Position numbers and translations under genes: made by a program
Notes under the pieces: generated by a model
What the model was told of the DNA's origin: nothing
The model's database searches: none
The model's input: only the letters and a program-made list of their open reading frames with translations
Shown here: one piece after another, positions 24,701 to 64,000 of the stretch
Position numbering within the stretch: the stretch's first letter is position 1
Layout: each line of letters opens with the position of its first letter
Assembly: GCF_009914755.1 (NCBI RefSeq)
Contig: NC_060933.1
Direction: 5' to 3' (one strand)
Length of the DNA stretch: 64,000 nt
From: the human T2T-CHM13v2.0 reference genome, Homo sapiens

Positions 24701-27203
24701 TTCACAAGATGTTCCTCATTTTCATCTGAGACCTTTTAATTCTGGCCTTCACTGTCCATCTTTCTGTCAGCCTTCTGATCACAAGTATTTAACAATTATT
24801 TTCAGTGGTCCAAATTTTTCCTCATCATGCTGTCTTCTAAGCATTCCCAACTCTCCTGACCTCTCTGTTTTACCCACTTCTGAACCTGCTTCTACATTCT
24901 CAGATATCTTTGTCACAGCCTGGTAATGTGGTAAAAGAAGAAAAGTCCATTTTCAGGGGAAAAATTCACAAAGGCTTCAGATATCTTCATGAAAAGCAGC
25001 TGAGTACTGGTTACCAACACAATGGGGAAAAGGCCTTGAAGGCATTTCATAGCTCCACTTCACAGCACTAATTTTGTGTAGAATCATAAAGAAAGAGGTG
25101 TAATTGGCTCACGGTTCTGCAGGCTGTAAAGGAAGCATAGTGGCTTCTGCTTCCGGGAGGACTCAGGAAGCCTCCCAATCATACCAGAAGGCCAAGGGGC
25201 AAGGAAATGCTTCATGTGGCAGCAGTAGAAGCAAGACTGAGAGAGGAAAGAGGAGCCCGCCCTGTTATACAACCAGATCTCATGAGAACTCAGTATCACA
25301 AGGTCAGCATCAAGAAGATGGTGCTTAACCACTGGTGAAGGATCTGCCCCCGCAACCCCCACCTCCACCTCCCACTGTTTCCAGGCAGAAGCCTGCTGCA
25401 GAGGCAGAGCCAGATTCATAGACCCACCAACAGCTTGCACCCCCACTGTGGAAAAGCTACAGGCACTCAACAGTAGCCCAGTCCTTGAGAGCAGCCGTGG
25501 GGGCTAAAACTTGCAAAGCCACAGGTGCACTGCCCTAACACAGGTTGTCCATGAGGCTGTGCCTCTGCAGCAGGCGACTCCCCACTCCCACTACACCCCA
25601 CCCTTCCACCACCCTACACCAGCCTACTCCTCCCCACCCTGCCCACCTCTTTTTCCTTCCACCCCACCCGCCTCCCATCCGTGATTAAATCACTCCCACC
25701 AGGCCCTCATCTTTTTGTCATTTTCCAATCCCTGCAAACCCTCCCAATCTTTGTTTGTTACCCACTTCTGAACCTGCTTCTACTTTTTCAGGTATCTCTA
25801 TAGCGGGTTGGCTATGTAGTAATAACACAAAACCCGATTTAAGGGGGAACATTCAAGAAGACTTCAGAAATTTGCATATAAAGAAGCCCTGTGCTAATGG
25901 CCAAGACAAATGGAAAAAGGCCTTGAAGGCATTTCACAGCTCCTCTCTGCAGTTCTAATTTTCTGTATTATCCTAAATAAAAGAGGTTTCATTGACTCAG
26001 GGTTCTGCAGGCTGTGAAGGAAGCATAGTGTCTTTTGTTTCTGGGAGGAGTCAGGGAGCCTCCTAATTATACCAGAAGGCCAAGGGACAATGAGCTGTCT
26101 CCTATGGCAGGAGTAGGAGGAAGACAGAGTGAGGAAAAGAGGTTCCACAGCCTGTTAAACAACCAGATCACATGAAAACTCACTCACTATCAGGAGGACA
26201 GCATCAAGGGGATGGTGCTTTATCATTCGTGGAGGATCTACCTGCACCATTTTATGACTAAATCTTTTTCCACCTAGGCCCCACCTCTAACGTTAGGGAG
26301 TATAATTCCACATGGGTTTTGATAGGGATATAGAGACAAACCATATTATTCTGTCCCTGATCCCATGAATCTCTTGTCCTTTTCACATTGCAAAATACAA
26401 TCATGCCTTGCCAGCATGAGTCTTAACTCATTTCAGCATTAACTCAAAGTTACAAAGTTCAAAGTCTCATCTGAGTCAAGGCTGCAGCCTCTTTTGCCTA
26501 TAAGCCTCTGAAATAAAATGCAAGATCACTGCTTCTAAGGTACAGTGGTGGTACAGGCATTGTGTAAGCTTTCCATATCCAAAAGGAAGACATTTTCCAG
26601 AAAGCTTCTTATTTCTATCTGAGACCTCCTCAGCCTGGCCTTCACTGTCCATGTTTCTGTCAGGATTTTGGTCACAACCATTTAACCAGTCTCTAAGATG
26701 GTCCAAACCTTCTCATCTGTCTTCTTTTGAGCCCTCCAAACTCTTCCAACCTCTGTCCATTACCTAGTTCCAAAGCTGCTTCCACATTTTCAGGTATCTT
26801 TATAGCAATGCTCCAGTCCTCATTTGCCATTTTCTGTATGATTCATTATGAAAAAGAGGTTTAATTGGCTCACGGTTCTGCAGGGTGGACAGGAAGCACA
26901 GGGCTTCTGCTTCTGGGAGGCCTCAGAAATCTTTCAATCTTTGTGCAAGGCAAAGAAAGAGTCAGTTGTCTCACACGGCAAGAGGAAAACATGCAGAGTA
27001 GGGAGGTGACATAGAGTTTTCAATGACCAGGTGTCATGAGAAGTCACTCATGATTGTGAGGACAGTAGCAAGGGGATGGTGCTGAACCATTCATGAGAAA
27101 TTTGCCTTCAGGATTCAATCACCTTAGACCAGGATCCACCTTCAACGTTAGGAAATATAATTCAACATGAGATTTGGTGAGGACACATATTCAAATTGCA
27201 TCA
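6725..27203 (-). repeat. Diverged tandem macrosatellite of ~3.05-3.10-kb units made from MST-type (MaLR) LTR and internal sequence; 6 full units plus truncated units and a terminal LTR
   Basis: Anchor ATACCAGAA recurs at 6732, 9780, 12855, 15956, 19033, 22127, 25181, 26069; MST LTR motifs (GAGGTTTAATTGGCTCACGGTTCTGCAGG, CAGATCTCATGAGAACTCAC) appear in reverse orientation. Confidence 0.9.
26834..27203 (-). mobile_element. Near-complete MST-family LTR capping the array
   Basis: Unrearranged MST LTR order, from aagaggtttaattggctcacgg to gagatttggtgaggacacatattcaaattgcatca. Confidence 0.8.
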
Positions 27204-28412
27204 TCAATCTTTGAATATAAAGACATCCACAGCAGGCTTTATCCAGCCAGCTTCTTTGAGACTCTTCACAGGGTTTGAGGTCTACAGCATATACACGAAA
27301 ATATTCATACTTCAAAAAGCAATAAAGTAAGTGGTATCATTCTTCCAAAAGTTACAATGGTAGTGTAGGAATTCATAGCATGGTTTAGGTCATGTTTGCT
27401 ACTGTTTCTATTCTATCGCCATATTAACTGTTTCCTACACAATTCTATGTTCAGCCGAGTTTCAATTGAGAACAAAGCCATCCTTGTACTACCGCCAATA
27501 CCTGGCACTATCTCTTTGCTAGTGTTATTATTCTGCTGTAGAAAGCATCCTTGAACTGGAAACAGTGCACAATCGAGTATCTAGTCATTCAACACTATCA
27601 ATTCCTGGGTGACCTTTTGAAAAAATAGTATCTCTTGTTGCAAGAAATGCTGCATCTGTGAGTCCATGTTTCTCACTGGAATTGGATGGAAGTGGTGAAT
27701 TTCAGCCACAGTGTCCAAAGAAATCCTGTTCCTGTGATTCTGATGTCATCAGCCTCTGCATCTCTGTCTTCCCTTCTGCCACATGTTGCCTGCTCTCCAT
27801 GACTTTGGTAAGAGCTTCCTTGTGTATGTGGATGATGTCCAGGATGATGACCTGGTGTCCCAGAGACAGCACTAACAGGTCCATGACTGGGTCCAGTTCC
27901 TGGCTGGGCTGATTGGCAAAGAGCTCACCGACGGTGTTGAAGGCATCTCTGGTGAAGTGATGGCCTGGTCCAGCTCCAAGACCTGGCTGAGGCTGAAGAG
28001 CTGGCCACCTTCTGATGCTCTTTCTTAAAGCCCGTCACCATAATCTGCTTGCATGTCAACTCATTGGCTGAGAAGTTGAGCTGAGTGCCCTGTGGTCCAT
28101 CTTCTTGGTGAAGCGCTCGAAGCCGTCAATTTTGCTCTCCCACTCTTAAAGGTTGAGGGCCACCTTGGGGGTGGGCTCAGGGTCAGGAAGAAGCTGGAAT
28201 TCACCACCTCATCCTTCGCAGCCTTCCTCTTGCCCTGTCTCCAGGCTGTCTCTTCAGTGCTGGTGTGGCACATCACGAAGTGATGGAAGACGTGGCACTG
28301 TGCCTGCACCCAGAAGCTGGCCATGTGGTTCATCCACCAGATTGGGCCCTTTCTGCACTTGAACATGGAGTCCTTCTCAAGATGGCCTGCGGTCTGCTTC
28401 TTGGCACCCAAG
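27204..28412 (-). pseudogene. SNX18 processed pseudogene (PX-end/BAR region plus part of the 3' UTR), probably SNX18P3
   Basis: [28 protein letters not shown]...[21 protein letters not shown] and MDLL...[24 protein letters not shown] match SNX18; continuous across the recalled KG|ALTK intron position; frameshifted and 5'-truncated. Confidence 0.9.
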
Positions 28413-28540
28413 AAGCCCACAGTGCTGTAGGAGCCCTCATGCATGGACTGGAGCCCCAAAGGCAGCGCACAGCCTGCTCCTGAGCCTGCTGCTCATTTCC
28501 TCTATGTGGCTCCATCTGCAGCACAGTGGTTGCATTGAGG

Positions 28541-28879
28541 CCTGTGCATGCCAGGCAAGGCCAAGCTGGCTCAAAGAGCAACCAGCCACCTCTGCAAGGG
28601 TGTGCCAGGAGCAGGTGGACCAGCCACCAACCTCACTCGCTGCCAGTCAGGGTAAATCAGTTATTCTGCCCTGGAGGTAGGGCCCCAGTGCCATCTGCTT
28701 TTCCTCAGGCCTCTGCTCCATCAGCCGTCAAGTGGCAGCCCCTCAGGCTGTGGGAACCTGGCCACCCCTGATTCCTTGAGTGGGTGAGGTTGGTGGCTGG
28801 TCCACTTGCTCCAGGCACACCCTTGCAGAGGTGGCTGGTTGCTCTTTGAGCCAGCTTGGCCTTGCCTGGCATGCACAGG
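28541..28879. repeat. Inverted repeat, arms 28541-28636 and 28784-28879
   Basis: 96-bp arms with 2 mismatches and a 147-nt spacer. Confidence 0.95.
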
Positions 28880-29598
28880 TCCTTGGTACTGACACCCTGC
28901 TCTGAGTGAGCTTGTCCTGTCTTGGGCCAAATTCTAACTCTGGCCAGGGCCACAGAAGGCTGAGTCCCCTGGGTGGTAATGCTGACTGCTGCTGGGGGGC
29001 CCATAGTGCCCCTCCCCTCCCAGGGCCCAGGATGAGGCCCAACTGGGCCAGGACCCTTTAGGTATGGATCTCGTTCCCCAGCAGGGGGCCTCTGTCCCAC
29101 AGGTTGGATGACAAGATGCTGCTGGCTGCCAGGGTTGTTCGGATGCCACGTTCACCCTTCCCTCCAGGGACATCAAAGTTTCCAGCTTCCCCTTTGAGAA
29201 TGACTTCCCAAGGCCCAGGTGCCATCTGGGGCTGCAGGGCAGCTGGCTGCATGCTGCCCTGGCTTCTTCCATGTTGGGCTGGTCACTACCCACCAAGGGG
29301 GGTCGGATGCAGGAACCAAGTAGGGCGGTTGTCTCTGGACCTGCATCTTGGTTATCACGGAGCCAGACTGGGCCTGGTGACAGGGCCATGATGGGGTTGT
29401 CCTGGTGGTCCTGGGGGTGTCCAGAGGAGATGCAGAATGGAATTGCTGCGGGGATGAACGAGGTGACTGTCAGCACAGAACAGGCACCCGGTGAGTGCTC
29501 AGGTATTACCCTCAGTAGCTGCTCAGAGGCCAAAACCACCCACCCGATAGCGACTGTCCCCAAGCCAGGAGGAAGAGAAGAGAGCAGGTCCCACTCAC

Positions 29599-29720
29599 CT
29601 GAGTCCGATCAGTCAGCTGTGTTGAGATGTGCCTTTCACCTAGAAAACAATCCTTCATGCAGAGCCACTCACAGACTGCTGTGTGTCTCTAACTGCTCCA
29701 CAACACAGAGGCGATGGGGA
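29599..29720 (-). pseudogene. Probable homolog of the TBC1D3-family 5' UTR exon
   Basis: ...GAGCAGTTAGAGACACACAGCAGTCTGTGAGTGGCTCTG...CAGCTGACTGATCGGACTCAG|GTGAGTGGGACCTGCTCTC resembles the recalled TBC1D3 5' UTR exon end and donor; donor is intact; not alignment-verified. Confidence 0.5.
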
Positions 29721-30254
29721 CTCAGCAAGAGTGACATTGTGGGGTGACACAACCCACCACAACGGGAGCCTGCTTGGGTCAAGAGGGCCCAGAGTCAGTG
29801 TCCTCTATCCCCTGAACTGACATGTGTGCATGCATTGTGTTTGTGTAAGCGTGTGTGTGTGTACATATGGGTGTGTTTGTTTGTCTTGCTTCTCTGGCCA
29901 GGCCTAGCTGCTCCACTCACAGGTGCACCCAGGTCCTCATCACTGTCACCACCAGGGCCCAGGGCCAGGATTAGAGCCTCCCACAGGTGCTCCCCAATTT
30001 CTTCCCTCTCCACCGAGGGTGGTCCTGGGGATGCAGACAGAGGAGGGGCGCCGAGCAGAGCAGAGAGGGCTGGCACCCTTTCTAGGTGGAACCCAGGTAC
30101 TGTGTAAAGTTGGAGGTCTGCCAAGCAGTGCTGAATTCAACACATCTTCTCACGTTCTCTTTCCAGCCACCCTCCAGGGTGCCCTGACTCACCTTCCCTA
30201 CAGATGGAGGCAAAGAGGCTCCACAGACAAACCCCCTGCCTGAGGTCACACATC

Positions 30255-30850
30255 GGCTAACTGGCCAGGTTCCTACTGACCAGGTGGCCCCAACGAGGCC
30301 CCTAATGAGCACTCCCCCATTGACCAGGCCCCACTGACCAAGTCCCCACGGACCATGCCTCCCTAACCAGGCCCCCATTAGTAGGCCTCATGGACCAGAC
30401 CCCACTGACCAATTTCCCACTGACCTGGTCCCCACTGACTGGGTTCGCACTGACAAGACCACAATTTACCAGGTTGCTGCTCACCTCACCCCCATTGAAT
30501 AATTCTCCATGGATCAGTCCCCAGCTGACTGAGCCCCCTCTGACCAGGCTCTCACTGACCAGGCTCCAAGCCACTAAGGCCCCACACTGACCAGACCCCT
30601 AATACACTGAATACACCCCACCGACCAGTTTTTTATTGTTTATGTTCCAACCGATCAGGCCCCACTAATAAGAGCACCACTGACCAGGTCCCCACTGACT
30701 AGGCTTCCAATGACTAGGTCACAAGATACCCACTGGGTGAGGCCTTCACTGAGGCGGCCACCACTAACCAGGTCCCTGCTGATCAGGTCCCAACTGACCA
30801 GGTCGTGATGGCTAGGTCATCTCTGACCATGGTCCACTGACGAGGCCCTT
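30255..30850 (+). repeat. Degenerate ~15-nt tandem array (CCCCACTGACCAGG-like), array 2
   Basis: Same motif and orientation as array 1. Confidence 0.9.
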
Positions 30851-31568
30851 GAGCAGCTGTGTTCAAAGTCTCATTACAATGCCACCATCAGCTCACAGAC
30901 CCTCCCCTCCCTGCATGTGTGCCCAGGGGTCAGGCCTTGGGGGTTTTCTTGGGCTGCAAGGCCTCTCCTCCAAGACACAGGGAGGGAGTCAGCCTCAGGC
31001 TCCAGGTACCCAGCTTCACACTCACCCCGCAAGGCCCTCTGGGCCCATCTCAAAGGAGACAATGAGGTGGCCTGGCACTGCCTGGACATGCCATCTTCCC
31101 TATTCCTGAGTGTCAGAGTGGGAGGAAGGGAGGGACATTTGGCAGACAAGACATCCTGTGCTGCTGGGTCTCCCAGGGCCCTTCCTGAAGAGCCCCGACC
31201 TAGAGACACAGCACAGAGACTGCAGGGAGACTAATCAAGAACCCTTGAGGCTGAGCCAGGGACCACATGAGGACTGTCCCCAGACAGCTAGAAGGCCCTT
31301 TGCTAGTTTCTTGGTACCTCAGTGGATGCGACAGTGGTTCTTCTGTTGGGGACTAGTGAGCGCATGATGGGAAGGGCTCGCCTGTGCTTCCTTGGTGCTG
31401 CCGCAGAGAAAATACAACATTAGTTTAGAACACCTTGTGCCAGAAAGTAAAAAAGTGCTGACAGAATAATGGGGACAATTCAAAAAGACATAAAGTCAGC
31501 TTGAAATGTCTACCACTGGCCTAATCTTGGGGAACTGGAGCACCAGAATCATGAGCTTTCCCTTCTCC

Positions 31569-31578
31569 TTTATTTATT
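31569..31578 (-). terminator. Overlapping AATAAA poly(A) signals, probable ANKRD18A 3' end
   Basis: tttatttatt on + reads AATAAATAAA on -, about 670 nt after the stop codon. Confidence 0.6.
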
Positions 31579-32247
31579 GGTTTTATTTCTCCATGTAGAA
31601 CAAAGAAGAAAATAAGAAAAACAATCATCTGGCAACCATCACAGTAATACTTGTTCAAACACAAGTCATCCATGAAATGCTAAATCTAGTGGGTTTTGAG
31701 GAGTAACCAGATATTTACAGAGCTTCAAAGTATCTCCACACAAAATACTATTGAGCTACAAGAAGAAAACCGTAACACTAGTATGGACAAACCTGGCAGA
31801 TACTCTTTAAGTCTCCTACTACATATGGTAATAAAAACTGTAAAATGCAAAGAAGCCCTCGATGACCTTTACTAAAGTATCAATGATGACTTGGTTGTTT
31901 GGCTGTTTAAACAGCTGACATTCAGGCAATTTGAGTAGGCCAAACTCAATAACGCTGGTGTTCATTTGCAAGATCCACTTAAAACTTAAGGAGGCTAAAA
32001 AACATCATTTAAAATAACATATAAATATACACCATATGTGACATGAAAATATTCTACTTTAGTAAAGATTATGATGTTTTATATTATATGAGAAACAATT
32101 AAAATTTCATGTAAATAGCCCAGTAATAAAGTTTTATGATCTTTTAAATCATACAACTTTTCCTTAAGATTTTATGGTTAAATAATCTCTTGATTAGATG
32201 TGGCTTACCAGTGGATTCTACAAAAGAAAGTAGACGGGAGCAAGTGC

Positions 32248-63414
<31,167 letters not shown>

Positions 63415-63656
63415 CTGTCAAACATGCAAACTTGTTAGATATTCCTTCTGGAAAACATCATCCCTCTGCCTCCTTACCTGGCAAAGTTTCACTTACTCTG
63501 CATGCTTACCCTAAATCCTACCCATCTTTTTTAGAAGCTTGCACTCATCACCACAAATTTAAAAGTGAATGGCATCTAATGAACATACCAAATACACAGT
63601 AAATAATAACTATAGGCTCCCAGGTGACATCTATCCTCCATCTATCCTCTACAAAA

Positions 63657-63920
63657 TGGGTCAGTACACTGCAGACCACAGGCCAAATCCTGCCTACCAT
63701 ATGTTTTTTCTCAATGCAGTTTTATGAGAGTACAGTCATGCCTATTCACTGACATGCTACCTATGACGGCTTTCACACTACAATGGCAGGGTTGAGTAGC
63801 TACGACAGAGACCACATGGCCTTCAGCTGCTTAAATCGTTCTTGAAAAAGAGAGAGAGAGACCACATGGCCTAAAATATTTCCTATTTGGCCCTTTACAG
63901 AGAAAGCTTGCCAATCCCAG
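63657..63920 (+). mobile_element. MER58-like hAT DNA transposon relic
   Basis: ggccaaatcc...gttgagtagctacgacagagacc...ctatttggccctttacagagaaag. Confidence 0.7.
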
Positions 63921-64000
63921 CTTTATACCCTGAACAGAATGCCCTAAATCTCAAATTGAATCTAATGCCTCCCCTGCTTACAATTTTCCAATGAATTTCT

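Noticed and set aside
6687-26706. Many recurrent 60-160 aa ORFs in the array (MGLEPPH..., MAERCTGTAWVT...)
   Set aside because: They are translations of decayed MST-int/LTR sequence; frames and stops are not conserved between units.
28934-29747. 209-aa (-) and 158-aa (+) ORFs
   Set aside because: No recognisable family and overlapping on both strands; more likely intron-like sequence of the TBC relic.

Overview
Primate (almost certainly human) genomic DNA from a segmental-duplication mosaic. The right half (about 31.5-64 kb) holds the 3' ten coding exons of ANKRD18A on the minus strand, all with GT-AG boundaries and consistent phases. They end ...NFLTE|VLLC* and sit in Alu/L1/LTR-rich introns that also carry a dead CCDC144/ANKRD26-like exon. 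The left half (about 0.6-31.4 kb), downstream of ANKRD18A, is a patchwork that is mostly minus-oriented. It contains a solo LTR with a poly(A) signal, a CYP4F pseudo-exon, and relic exons of a TBC1D3/TBC1D26-like gene whose putative 5' UTR exon lies about 24 kb away. It also contains two degenerate (CCCCACTGACCAGG)n arrays, a SNX18 processed pseudogene, and a ~20.5-kb diverged tandem array of ~3.07-kb units built from a rearranged MST (MaLR) retroelement. The most unusual signal is the density of fold-back structure: a ~270-bp inverted repeat with a 104-bp perfect core, a 96-bp inverted repeat with only 2 mismatches, and a conserved ~50-bp stem in every array unit. Gene content matches my recollection of the 9p13 ANKRD18A/FAM95C/SNX18P/CYP4F-pseudogene locus. 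Family and gene names come from recall, not from a database search.
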